Of a DNA stretch of 64,000 bases, positions 1 through 12,751 are shown in pieces. The notes beneath the pieces are model-generated. The model was not told the origin of the DNA. It saw only the letters and a list, made by a program, of their open reading frames with translations, and ran no database searches. Every line of letters begins with the position of its first letter. Position 1 is the first letter of the stretch. The DNA is from Paraspadella gotoi (lineage: Eukaryota; Animalia; Chaetognatha): the NCBI GenBank assembly GCA_051294375.1, contig CM119263.1:17280171-17344170 (forward strand), written 5' to 3'. Made by a program: the position numbers and the translations under genes.

Positions 1-577
1 CGCCTGGGATGGTGTGTTCCCCTCTGAGCCAATGGATTTGGCTGACAGATGGTGGACGTGAGGCGGTGTGAATATACCGCCACAGGATCCCCGGGCCAAG
101 ACATCACTCAGGTTCCTCAAGCCTGAGAGGTGTCTGACAAGACTGTTACCATATGTGGGAGAGAGAGAGAGCGCGAGTTGTGGGGGCATAGGCGTTTGTC
201 GTAGCATACCCAAAGTCGGCAGGGCATAGGCATTTGTCGTAGCGTACCCAAAGTCGGCAGGGCATAGGCGTTTGTCGTAGCGTACCCTGAGAAGGTTGCG
301 TGTTGATAGTGAGGCTCACCACTTATGGCAACAGCCGGGTAGCCTGTGATGCCCATTGGGATGGGGCATCTCACTGTTGGCTTTGGGGGCTTCCGACCCT
401 CAGTGACGCCTCCAGTCACTGGCGCGGTTACCCTAGGACGGTCTCGCTTTGCCAACGCAGAGGGAAGTTGTTAGGACTGTGGATGGAACACTACGCCTGG
501 GATGGTGTGTTTCCCCTCTGAGCCAATGGATTTGGCTGACAGATGGTGGACGTGAGGCGGTGTGAATATACCGCCAG
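1..577. repeat. GC-rich repeat: 1-81 recurs at 494-576 (period ~493 bp), with an internal ~38-bp unit present ~2.7 times (186-287)
   Basis: cgcctgggatggtgtgtt...gaatataccgcca occurs twice; gcataggcgtttgtcgtagc(a/g)tacccaaagtcggcagg is tandem. Truncated by the window edge, so satellite versus LTR-type element cannot be decided. Confidence 0.75.
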
Positions 578-776
578 CAGCTCTATCTTTTTTTTTTGTA
601 TTGTCTTTGCATATTTAAATGGTGACGAAGAGATATCCGGGCGAAATGCTATTCGATGCCCCATTGCCCCCTTGCCGTCTGACGGAGCAGCGAATCTCTC
701 TCGCTCTCTCTCTCTGGCTGGAAGTCAGGATCGGGATCGACAAAAACGACGATAATTTGAACGATGGATTAATTGT

Positions 777-886
777 TTAGGGTTTCGGTTAGGGATAAGG
801 TTAGATTAGGGGATAGATATTAGGGTTAGGGATTAAAGGTTAGTGATTAGGGTTGGGGTTAGGGATTAAGGATAGGAATTAGGGTT
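777..886 (+). repeat. Degenerate (TTAGGG)n-like simple repeat
   Basis: Several TTAGGG/TTAGG units mixed with variants (gggttagggattaaaggttagtgattagggttggggttaggg). Confidence 0.6.
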
Positions 887-1163
887 GTCTTTCCCTACGC
901 TACTTTTACAACAATCGATGGAAAAAAGTGCTAATATCCGCTAATCTATAGTTTATCAACATGTGTGAGCAAAACAATTAGTTATTTTTTGCTTAAAAAC
1001 GAATTTTTTTTTATGCACTGCGTCACTCTAAGACTGCTCAAAGTTTAAAGTTTGCGAACCAAGCGATTTATTTTAAAAAGCAATCGAGTCAGGGGGCAAC
1101 ATGAGTTAAATTCTTTATCAAATTTTTACTTAATCAGTTTATTGTAACTTTTTAAAATTAGTA

Positions 1164-2858
1164 CAGTACCGGAAACCTAGAATGTCGTAAGTCTGTACAT
1201 GGAATAACTTTTCCATTTATAGGATAAATGGCTTTAGGATTTTATAGGAAGTTGTCTGGATGTCTGGCTATTTTTTAAATAAATAATCCTCCCTAAATTC
1301 GAAACGCAACGAAATCGAAAGTCTATACACAATAAATAATCCTAAACCACTTAAAAATTGAGTAATTTTTTTTTTAAAAACTTGCATAACTCTATTATAT
1401 TTTGAAATAGGTTGTTCTGCAAATTTTTTTAATAAAGAAAAAAATATTTTTAATGAAGAAAAAAAATTTTGTGGAACAGTCTATTTGAAAGGGTTGATTG
1501 ACTGACTTAATGATTGAATTTTTTGGGTTTATTTACTGCCTCCATTACCCAAGACATAAAAGGTCATGATTATCAAGTCACGATGTCCAGATTATCTGTA
1601 CCTTTCATGCTACCGGCATTTCGAATTTTCTTTTTTTCCCTTTCAAATGTATCAAATAAAAAAAATTATTTGAAAGAACGATGCTATTGGTAAGCCTTAG
1701 TTACCCCTGTTCCAGATCAAATTTTAAAACGAGTTTTTTTTTCTATTTGAAACATAACACCAACTATTGGTACTATAAATTTCTTGTTTCTCAAATTCTA
1801 TTTTGCGTAATCAGAGAAACATTTAGCGTACTCTAAAAACTTGGTAAAAAAAAGTAAAATGTTCTGCCAAATTTAAAAATCGATTGAGGAATCTACTATA
1901 ATATTTCTTTTATTCCCTGGACATGTCACTACCACAAAATATGAACAATTCTTGACCTAATTGCCAAGTATTGAAACAAAACTATCATAGTCGCATTTTT
2001 TATTAAGGTTTAAAAAGTAGTGTTTTTTTCAATTTTTGAGCACTTTGGAAAGAATTATCTCAGCTTTGGGACATTAAATTTGGTAAAAAAATTATATATT
2101 TAGAATCCTCGAGTTGCCTTCGCTTTAATAATGCCCACATTTAAAAAGTTAGCAGAATGCTTATTAAAATTATAATTTTCAATAATATTTAAAAAATATT
2201 AAAAATATTTGAAATTGATTAAAAATTAGTTTTGATGGTGTATTTGTAAAGGTTTAATGATATACTATCATCAAACCAAAAATTTAAAAAAATGAATTAC
2301 TTTTAGGTAAAAAAATTAAAAATATTATAAAATGCAACAATATGCAAATGAGTTTTTAAAAATGTTGAGAAAAATTTTTTGCTTTAGAGTTATTTTAAAT
2401 ATTGAAATTTGTAAAAAAAATTTTGACCTGTGCCAAAAGGTTTTTTAAAATGACTGAAATTTATGTATTGCAGAACTACCCAAAGCCCAACTATTACTAA
2501 AATTTAAAACCATAATATTAGCAAATAAGGAAGTTATGCATCATTGAAAAAATGACCTATCTAAAATATCAGCACTGATAAAAATGGCAAAAAATTTTTT
2601 TATAGTAACAATATTTCTACAGAAGTTTACAAACCCTCTTGAGTACAAGTTAGCAAAATTTTTTTTAAAAATTTTAAAATATATTAGAGCTTTTGACCCA
2701 ATTTTTTAGTGGTTTAGGGTTATTTATTTGAAAAATTTCTAAAATGGGCAATAGCCAGACATCGAGATAACTTCCTATAAAATCCTAAAGCCATTTATCC
2801 TATAAATGGAAAAGTTATTACATGTACAGACTTATGACATTCGAGGTTTCCGGTACTG
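1164..2858. mobile_element. Non-autonomous Tc1/mariner-type DNA transposon (~1.7 kb)
   Basis: TA|CAGTACCGGAAACC...GGTTTCCGGTACTG|TA. Imperfect TIRs of >100 bp (1164-1270 vs 2752-2858), TA target duplication, CAGT termini, AT-rich interior with no transposase ORF. Confidence 0.9.
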
Positions 2859-2929
2859 TATCTTAAAAGTTTTAGTTAAACTTATGTCTGGAGGATATCT
2901 ATTTCGTCCTCAATGTTTCTTTTCAGTAC

Positions 2930-5139
2930 CCGGATTTGAAGTTCTTTAAGTCAATGATGTCGATATTGGGCGCGATGATCGTCTTCCGGTTCCGAGCAAG
3001 GCGATCAAGAAGAGGTTCCAACCACCCGTCCATCACTTCGCAGTGGGAATCCATAAAAAACAAGACATCTCCCTATCGAGTAAAATAGGTTTTGATTTAT
3101 TGATGGATATTTTTATTACTTAGATTGAAGGTTACAAGTAAAGCTATTTATTAATAAAAATGGTCTATTTAAATGATTATGGTCAGGGATCACTAATTCA
3201 AATTATAAATAGGCTAAAACCGAGCTCGGATTTGGAAAGGAGATCACCTGACTATTCCGAAAATGTATTCACTTTACTATTATTTTAAAGGCGTTGCCTT
3301 TTTTTCGAATTTTTTATTACTATATAAAAATAAATATATTAAAATAAAAGAAACCTATTTGAATAGTTGCAGTCGAAACGGTAAGGCGGTTCCTCATAAA
3401 ATTTGACATGAATTACTTTTAGGTCAGGGACTCCAATTCTATGAAAAGATATTTTCAAAATTCGTATTCTTTCATAGAAAATTGGTTATTTTATGTTTTT
3501 ATACAAGAAGAGTTCAACGGTTTGAGCTGCAACTCTTCGTTTTTAACTTCTCTTCGTCAAGAAAGTTAAATTCTGTACTCAAGTTTACAGGGTATGATAG
3601 AAGTAGTAGGATAGAGGTAAATTGAGATTTCCACAATTTTAGGTTGAGTGATCCCTGGCCTTAAGTAATTTATTTATTTAATTATTATTTTACTCTTCTA
3701 AAAGAGAAACAAAGTAAATAAGAAAGAACGAAAGATTTTTTATTCTTTATTCTTAGTTCAAGAAAAATTTTAAAAAACTGTTCGATTGATTGCCTTTTTA
3801 ATCACTTACCCGCTCCCCTTGCTCTCACTTTAGCCTCGGCGGCTCCGATCAACCGGGCCCTAATAAGCCCGACCCTTTTCGAGCGGATGATCTTGATCAT
3901 TCCTGTTCGCGCGGCGAACACCTCCAACTGGTCGCCGAGATGCGGCAAGTCGCTCCCGTCATCGACAAGGATGATTTCGAGGAGAAGTCGACGTGGAGAT
4001 CGATTGAGAATGGAGACGATCGTGCGTATGAGAGGCGTCCAGGCCTAATTACAATACATACTCGAAGGAAGAGAATTCTACGCTTGACGGGGGAAACAAT
4101 GAACGAAGCGCCGCTTTAACTTTTTTTTTTATAGACGTATTTCCAGAGGATCTTATGAATATAAAAGTATAAAATATATATGATATGCATTTATGATTGA
4201 TCACTTATTTAGAAAGTTTAAACTAATATTGATAGGGAAGCCAGGTACTCTGGGAGTGAATAAACGAGACTGTGAGAGAGTCTTGATTGAAAGCTTGCAG
4301 TGACCTGCTATGTCATTGTCTTGTGAGAGTGATGGGGGCCTTAGACCACCAAAGCCTGTCCAAAGTCAGGGGCAAGATGGCTTATTTATTAAATGAATGG
4401 ATAATTTTTATATTGGTTGTACCAATTTCATAATTAAGTATTACACATACACAAAGTATGCCATTATGGCAACGGGGACAGGAGATTTCACCTCATTGTG
4501 AAAGCAAATGATAATAGATGTGATGGGGAGATCTTCTAGCAGTGACTGCTTTTTGCAGATGTCCTCCCTCGGGTCGTGGAGTTCTCGGTTGACGGGAATG
4601 AGGTCGCTGGCAAAGACGTTCATGGCGTGTTGCTTCATCAAGTCTTGATACTTATTCTTGAGACGCTCGTTTGGATGCCTGAGGAAGATTTGATAATCCC
4701 GGTATATGAATATTACGATAAAACCTATCCATTAAAAATATTACTTTGTGTCATTGTAGATTTTTATACCGCGATTCAAAGCTCCGTAGGATTCGATGTT
4801 CGCGTTTCTCCATCGACGCTTGAAACCTGAGGAGGATTTGACGGTCAAGTCTCCGTATAGTTGTTAAACCTCTTGGAAGGATTCACCGATTTCGACCAGC
4901 CTCTTGTGTTTCTCCAGGTCGACGACGACTCTCTCAAACTTGTGCGCTTCGAACCAACTCGTCATTTGCTCTGGAAAGTCTCTTCGCGCGGCGTAGCGGG
5001 GGTTGGAGACCAGCCTGTCGACTATTCGGAGTTTGTCGCGATATGTCTCCTCGCCGCTTTGGCGTCGGTGGATTTTAACAAGCTGATAAATTAGCACCGT
5101 GGAAAGGATAGTCAAGAAAACTCGTTCGAAACGTTTCAT
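2930..5139 (-). CDS. GALNT: Polypeptide N-acetylgalactosaminyltransferase (GT27/GALNT family), 5' portion; exons 5139-4887, 4826-4745, 4678-4492, 4044-3829, 3072-~2930
   Basis: N-terminal type II TM anchor (VFLTILSTVLIYQLV), then MNVFASDLIPVNRELHDPR, LPITSIIICFHNE|AWTPLIRT, EIILVDDGSD, GLIRARLIGA and GDVLFFMDSHCE (DxH motif), WLEPLL. The first four introns are GT-AG with matching phases. The last donor is uncertain and the 3' exons are not in the window. Confidence 0.9.
3181..3660. mobile_element. MITE (~480 bp) in GALNT intron 4, possibly Kolobok-like
   Basis: TIRs ggtcagggatcact (3181) and agtgatccctggcc (ending 3660), flanked by TTAT and TTAA. A partial internal TIR copy lies at ~3422. 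Confidence 0.55.
4231..4432. repeat. ~200-bp dispersed repeat, family A, copy 1 (GALNT intron 3)
   Basis: gatagggaagccaggtactctgggagtg...ggttgtaccaatttcata; near-identical copies at 12550 and 62759, partial copy at 40921-41057. Confidence 0.9.
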
Positions 5140-5771
5140 TGTCGACGCGGTTTCGTTTTGCTTCTTTTTATTTTTATTTTTTCTTCTATTTTTGTTTTAA
5201 TTTTTCTTGTTCGCTTCGTGGTTTGAAACAGCTTATTGATTTATTTTAAATTGTTTGGGCTTTAAATTTGCAAATGAGTAGATCGGAATTGTAAAAGTAT
5301 TTTTTTACTTTGTTTACGTCTAGTCACACTAATTTATAAGCTTTTCCCCCCGTCTTCAGATTTATTGATAGAAAATAAAAAAAAGAGTCTACGAACGGAT
5401 GAAATAAATAAATTAGCTTTGAGACGCGAGGAAACGTGACATTTATGGCGAGCGATGTTAGAAAAGGTGAACGACTTTTTCTGTTACTTTTAGTTACGGT
5501 AAGTATAAATTGTTTTAGACGTCCTTACAAACGGTTTTACATCGTAAAAAGTTTAAAAAAATAATTACCACTATTCAGACCTCTATGCTGACCCACAGTC
5601 CCGGAGAGAATCGACCCACAGTCTTTCCGATCACCTTTAAATTCACCCTCGTTCACCTTCTTAATTTCTGCTCTGGCGACAGCCACCCACCGTCAGACCT
5701 CACTTCCGACGCCGCCCTTAAATCACGCTCTCTCCCCCTCCGCCCTGAACCAAATATCTTGTGAAGTCTTC

Positions 5772-5827
<56 letters not shown>

Positions 5828-6226
5828 AAAAATATTTCATACGCAAACCGGTAACAGATGTTGCGTGCCCTCCTAAAAGATACCCGCTCGAAAAAAAGGC
5901 TCGTTTTTGGTTTAGTCACTTAATGTCGGGATAAATCGCCGTGCCTCCCTCGTTCGGGCCGGTTGCCGGGTGGTCCTTCGGCTCTTTCTTTTTTTTTTCT
6001 GGAGAGTGGGGGGGAAAATGATGGGGATGGGGGGCGAAATAGCGATAGGGAGGTGGGTGATGTCGCTCTCTCTCTCTGTCTCTCTCTCTCTCTCTGATCC
6101 TTCGTTCACCCCTCCCCTCTTTCGTCTCACTCTCTCTCTCTTTCGACTTAATTTTCATCAAAAGTATTAAAGGACGAAACATTTTCTTCCTCTTTTCCCC
6201 AATTTACGGTCGGCCTCTCCATCCCC

Positions 6227-6257
<31 letters not shown>

Positions 6258-6773
6258 GATGCCAATTTTATGTTCGCTCATGATTTTTGCATAAGCGATA
6301 AACATCTCGGCGAAACGATCTCTCTCCATGGGCGTTCGGCCTCCCCCCGAGCGGCGATCGCCAGGTCCCAAGGATAAAAATCGATGTTTTTCTTCGCTGC
6401 CTCGCGTCCACTCCTCGCTTTAAACCCTTTTTTTTTAGATAAACGTAAGAATATTTGACAATGTTAATAACTGGAAAGCACTAAAATTTAAGGTTTAGAA
6501 TCTAAGGTAAATAATTAGTCAAAATATGAAACCTAAGTAAATGCAACTGAAACTATAAAAATAATAATGATTATAGTGACAGGGAGTGGTACCTACGAAC
6601 CGGTATTTTTTTTTTAATTTGTTAACTGGTCCGTGATCTTGATTTTTGGATAATCCCTACTCTCAAACCATTAGACATTTTTAAGGTTAAAAAAAAACAG
6701 AAATCGATTAATGTTGGTTGACGTTTGGTTGACGTTAACAAGCCGAGAGGACGAAAAAAAAACCTATTTTGAG

Positions 6774-6826
<53 letters not shown>

Positions 6827-7644
6827 GCGCTTTGTGTCAGCGTCCATATCTGTCCAATTGACGAGATTTAAGAGTCTTTTTTGTTCTCTAAAACCAAAAA
6901 TTATTATTTCCCCTCGATAGTCGATATTTTTTTTAAATGTGGTCTTTTCTTTTATAATTATATCATCCTTCTTTTCACAAGGAGTTGATTTTTATGTACA
7001 ATATCGTTTTAAACACACTATTTTTTCAAGTGACCAGGAATTAAAACAAGGGGAGTTGCAATTTTTTGAATAACAAACAATATTACTGTTGTTGTAAGGT
7101 TATAATAAATTTGTTGTCACCAAAAATCGACTTTATTAAACGATACAACTATATTTTTCGATTGCACGGGAAAAAGAGAGTTCAGCTAATACTTGAGGAG
7201 TGAAATTTTGTAAAACATTTTAAATGGGCAATCGTTTTCGTCGTCGTCATCTTGTTTTTAAGTTTCATTAAAAAAACGAATGGGAAAGTCACTCTCTTAC
7301 GTCCACTTCGTTGATATGAACATCCGAAACCAAAAAAATTACCCCCCAAAAAAAAGTTAAGAACAAAATTGCATAAATGCCACCCCTTTTTTTACTAGAC
7401 CTAAAATTTCAAGCGAATAGACCTTTAAACGCCAGATTACGAGACAGTAAAAATACTTTTTCTTGTGACCAATTAAACTCTAAATTGTCTCGAACATATT
7501 CTCGTGTCCACTTTTAGAATTATAAATATATATCTCCAGAATTCTTTCGCTGACAGTTTCATTAGCGCCTCCAATTTCGACATCATTACTCAGTCTTCAC
7601 TCCGCGGCTTCCAGGGGGTTTATGATAGAGAGAGAAAGATAGAG

Positions 7645-7704
<60 letters not shown>

Positions 7705-8029
7705 TGAGAGAGACAAAGGGAGATAGAAAATAGTAATCTTGGCAAGTCAGAGAGTTTGTTAGCAGTTGTAATCGTTCCTTTCCCAGACGCCAATGACGAC
7801 GACAGCGACGACGAAGAAAACAGCGACGAAGACGACGGCGACGACGACGACAGCTTCCCCGCTGATTCGTTTTATTTGATTAATTTCCTAATTGAAGATT
7901 TAGTGACACCGCGGATTCTGTACGCGACAACTGGAAACGAGTGGCTTCGTCGTCTTTGGGCGGCGGCAGCCTCCGATTCTTTCTGATCTATTCTCTCTCT
8001 CTCTCTCTCTTCTCTCCATCAAGTATGTC

Positions 8030-10392
8030 CATCCTTCAGAATCGCTTCCCCCCGGGGGCCGGTGCTGGGGCCGGGCCCGCGGGTGCGGCTCCGCGGGGCG
8101 GCCGAGGCGAGGGGCAGGCAAATTCTTACCGGCCTAGGGGCGGCCGCCTGTAGCCTCTTTTTGGAGCCCCAAGGGGCACTCCAGAGGTAATCCCCCTGGG
8201 GCTAGAAAAACCTTTCCACTGGGGCTACCCCCAGGGGGGTGGGATTTCCCTGCCCCCTGCGAAGCAGCTCTCTCACGCCTCTCTATGCTCTCAGCTCTCT
8301 CTCCTTCTACCTTCCTCTCTTTTCTCTCTCTTTCTCTAATCTATTTCTATTTTCAATCTTTCATTACAATATATAAAAATAAAAATAATATTTTTCATTT
8401 CAAATTTATCAATCAATGACTAATAAGCTTGTAACTAATACCAAAATTTGGTCACCTTGCATAATTTAAATCAAATGACATAATTTGGGTCAATGACATA
8501 AATTAGTCAACTGATATAATTTAATCAACTTTTAAATTTGGTAAACTTCTTATAATTTGGTAAACTTTCATAATTTGGTAAATTTTTTTTAATTAATTAT
8601 AGTAACTTGCTTATTTGGTTTACCTTCATATTTGCTAAACTTTTATAATTTGGTAAACTTATTTAATAATTTGGTAAAACTTCCAGTAATTTGGTAAAAC
8701 TTTCATATTTGGTAAACTTTCATAATTTAATCAATTGCATAATTCAATCAACTCCAGGCATAATTTGTCAACTTGCATAATTGGTCAATTGCATAGATTT
8801 GTACTGGCATAAATTGGTCAACTGGTATAAATTGGTTAATTCTTCTTATTTAGTGCAAACAGTCATAATTTGGTCAACATTAGATAATTGGACAATTTGA
8901 AATAATTTGGTCAAATTAATTAATTTGTCCAACAATCAACTTAACAATTAGCTATTAAAAAATTTTATCTGATAAAATAAAGAAGAGAGAAAAGGAGTGC
9001 ACAAAATTTTGGTTAATAATGTTCAAGTAAAGTAACTTTGTTTTTTCCATTAAAACTTACTTTCACTTGCACACTTTTTACGCATAGCACAAAATTTTAT
9101 CTTAATTCATCTATGAAATTTTAAATAATAGAATAAAGTGTAGGATGGTTTAATTTTTTAATTCCTATAAAAAATAATTAATTAACAAAATATTAATTGA
9201 TCAATTAAATTAATATCAAGTCTTTTTAAGTCCATCCATATTAGCATAAACTCCAATTATTCGTGATTAAATAAGATGGCTTTGGAATAAAATTTTGTTT
9301 GTGTGGGTAGAAAAGGATGTGATTGAGCTAGATATAAAGTTTTGCTCACTCTCTCTCATCAAATCGTCACCTCTACTTAACAAGTTAGTTCCATCTTTAA
9401 GCAATCTAACACTGAGCAATTATTAATTACAATCTTAAATAAAAAAAGTTTTATTTTAATGATGTAGAACTCGTTTAATGTTGATGTAATAGTTTTTTAA
9501 TTGTTTTTTTTTGAGGGGGATCCATAATCACTAAGTAGGTCTGTCAGTCATGCCCATCTATTTTGTTTGGTGATTTATATTAATTTTTTCTTTTTAAACA
9601 TCAAATTATGAATATTTTTTAAAAAAATTATGTCTCTCGTGCTATCAGTCTATTAGTAGTCCAATCCAACAAAAAAGAAAAAAAACGAAGAAAAAAAAAA
9701 AGAAGATAAATGACTGATTTAAGCTTTTTACCCTAAAATTTTTGTGGCTACGTCCTACATTGGTTTGCTAAAACTTGTTTCTATATTTTTAACTGAAATA
9801 AAATATTGGGATTAAAAAATACAAATAGGTTTTAAATTTTTAGATAACATATTGTAATAAATGAGTTAAGCTATTATTTGAAAAAAAATGATATATTTAA
9901 TTCAGTTACATAAAACAAGTCTTTGAAAGAGAGAGAGAAAAAAAGAGAGAGAAAAAAAAATAAAAAAGAAATGACAGAAAAAGAGGAGAATGAAAAAAAA
10001 GAGAGAGAGAAAAAGGAAAAAGGGGAGAGAGAAAGAGAGAGGTAACAGACAGGGAGAAATATTCTCGATATATTAACATAGTCAAGTAATATTTTTCTCA
10101 TCTAAACTTTGCTCTCTCTTTAACTCGCCCTGGGGAGCAGTTTTTTTGCTCCCCAAGGGTTACCCACAGGGGCAGACTTTTTTTGGGCCCGCAGGGGGCT
10201 AAGGCATTAGGGGCGCCCTAAATAAGACACAAAATGGTTTGGCCCAGGGGGAAACGCCCCCTGGGGCGGCCCCTGAGGCAATCCAGAGGGGGCGCCCGCC
10301 TCAATGACATTTTGCTGCTCCCCTGTGAACAATAGTCTGCCCTGGGGCGCGCCCTAGAGACGCCCCGCGGGCGGGAGGATTTGGGAGATGAA
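8030..10392. mobile_element. Probable foldback-like insertion (~2.4 kb) with GC-rich inverted ends and an internal ~19-bp minisatellite (8440-8920)
   Basis: GC-rich blocks at 8030-8270 and 10125-10392, mirrored CT-rich (8270-8345) and GA-rich (9925-10055) arms, tandem tcataatttggtaaactt units. Flanked on both sides by (CT)n. The inverted match is loose. Confidence 0.45.
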
Positions 10393-10396
10393 TATC

Positions 10397-10435
<39 letters not shown>

Positions 10436-12549
10436 CTTCTCTCTCTCTCTCTCTCCGTCTCTCGCATCTCTCTTCTTCTTTCTCAAATTGAGAAACTGGA
10501 CTTTAAATTTATTGATAGTCTTTTCTCTCCGTGACAAGAGTCTCTTTTGTCGATTCTTTGCCGAAGTCGTAAATTTGAGGGCGGACGCAAATCGGTCCGC
10601 GACTAAGTCAAAATTTCCACTAAAGTTTCCAGTATAAATACTAATACTTTTAAAATCTGTGCTATGATGTGTTGAAACTTTTGCTTAATTAAAAAATAGT
10701 TTAAATGTTTTATTTATTATTTCATTATTCTATAGTTGTTCTATAATTTTATGATAAAGTTTACTATTTCTCTCTACTTTTCAAAGCCTCTAATTTTCTA
10801 ATCTTAAATAATAAATGAAAAAATTGTAAATTTTGTAATCTTAAATAATAAATGAAAAAATTGTAAATTTGATAATATTTATGCGATTTTATTCGAATAC
10901 AGCCAGGTTGATTCAGTACAATCATCATCAACAAACATAATAAAAATCAATTTCTTTTTTATCTAATCAATATTTCTTTAAGCTCTAAGATTATATAAGT
11001 TTAGTATTTCAACTGCATGAATCTTCAAGCTACGAGGTACGTTATTTATATTTAGCCTCAACCTAGAATAGTACCAGAAACTTAGACGTTTGTACATTCC
11101 ACTCGGACCTAAATCTTAATCCCTCCCTCCGTCGAGGCTGAGAAGTCGTGGAGCGAATGTTTGGGATGAGTAACGAGTACGAGTCTCGATCTGACATTTA
11201 GGAGATGCTCTATTTAGTGGAAAACCCTCGCCGAAAAAAAAAATAACGAAACGAACAGGCTGACAAAGATACGAGAACTTCAAAAAGTCACATAGTCAAT
11301 TTCTATTTTTACTTAGTAGCTAAATTATCAATGAATATCTATATTTGATAAACTTGCTTTCTATAAGAGCCGTTAATCGTGAATACTGAAATACGTTAAT
11401 ATAAAAATAATTTTCATAAAAAAAGCGATCCAACTCCTCTGTAATTAAAAGGGTGACGTTACTATTATATCCGAAACGGGCGACTATAAAAGCCGCTGAC
11501 AAGGGAAAACTTGTGTCAACGAAAACCCGCCGGGCCAGAAAAACCCACCGACAACGAAGAGTTTTTAACGAGATTGGGATCCACGAATAATGAGATAACG
11601 AACCGAGAGAATTTTTTCGAGGAGCCATAAAACGCATAATTCTCTCCGGAGGTGGCGCACTTTTTGTTATCAATTATTTTTGTGACTCCTTTATTTATAA
11701 TCGTATTTTTTTCCCCCTTTGCTCAATAGTTACGGAACCCTGTTTTTTGATGCCTTTCTCGTCTAAAATACATCCGTAGTAAAAATAACATTTACATTCA
11801 TGCAACTGTGCGATAATTGCGCTGCTGTGAGTGACGTAGGCGGAGTTTGAATACTAATTAGTCCCTCGTCGTTAGCCTCTTTTAAAAAGGAGGTTTCTCC
11901 TTAAAATTTTGACGCCGCCTCTGAAACGATATCGTCATTTTACGAGCAGAAGCGACGTGGGAAACTCAGGGTTTAAGGCTTTTAAGGGGAGCATCGATTC
12001 CCCGCTGATGATTAACCCTAGCCTCGATTTTCCGGACCTACACCGCGTTGGGTCCCGTTACGGGGATCGTGCATATTTTGCGTCACATTTGAAAAGCATA
12101 TTTTTTTCTGGCTATATACTCTTAAACTTTTTGTGTTTTTTTAATTATCATATGAAATTTAAAAAAAATATTAGTTGACTCGGATAAAAACCGAACCTGC
12201 TATAAGACTCCTGGCATTTAGTAGTGCAACCGTCATCGCACGTCGAAGACGATCTCGTTCGATGCCATCGCGTGACCGGTGACCCTTCCCTGCGATGCCA
12301 CGAAGCGCCGCCTATATTCGAGGTTGTATGGAATCGAGAAGAGGAGGAAGAGGAGGAGGAGGAGGAGGGAGGTGCATGGGGACAGAGAATAAAAATCCAA
12401 AGTCAAATATAATTTCATAATTTCATAAAATTCAGCTCCTGGTATTTTGATGCTAGTGCTGAGTACAATAAGTATTCCCCGATCTAATACTTAAGTGAGT
12501 GGTCTTTTCATACAATTGAAACATTCTTTGAAATATTTTCCACTTCATT

Positions 12550-12751
12550 GATAGGGAAGCCAGGTACTCTGGGAGTGAATAAACAAGACTGTGAGAGAGT
12601 CTTGATTGAAAGCTTGCAGGGACCTGCTATGTCATTATCTTGTAAGAGTGATGGAGGCCTTAAACCACCAAAGCCTGTCCAAAGTCAGGGGCAAGATAGC
12701 TTATTTATTAAATGAATGGATAATTTTTATATTGGTTGTACCAATTTCATA
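12550..12751. repeat. Family A dispersed repeat, copy 2
   Basis: Near-identical to 4231-4432. Confidence 0.9.

Noticed and set aside
777-886. Possible chromosome end or telomere-fusion scar
   Set aside because: Short, highly degenerate and single-orientation; an ordinary interstitial simple repeat.
4249-4300. Hammerhead ribozyme in repeat family A (hairpin followed by GAAAGCTT)
   Set aside because: No CTGANGA box precedes the hairpin in any copy.
4864-4886. Apparent premature stop in GALNT exon 1
   Set aside because: It is removed by a 60-nt GT-AG intron (4886-4827), and the frame continues correctly.
8440-8920. CRISPR-like array
   Set aside because: Head-to-tail ~19-bp units with no unique spacers, no cas genes, and a eukaryotic context.
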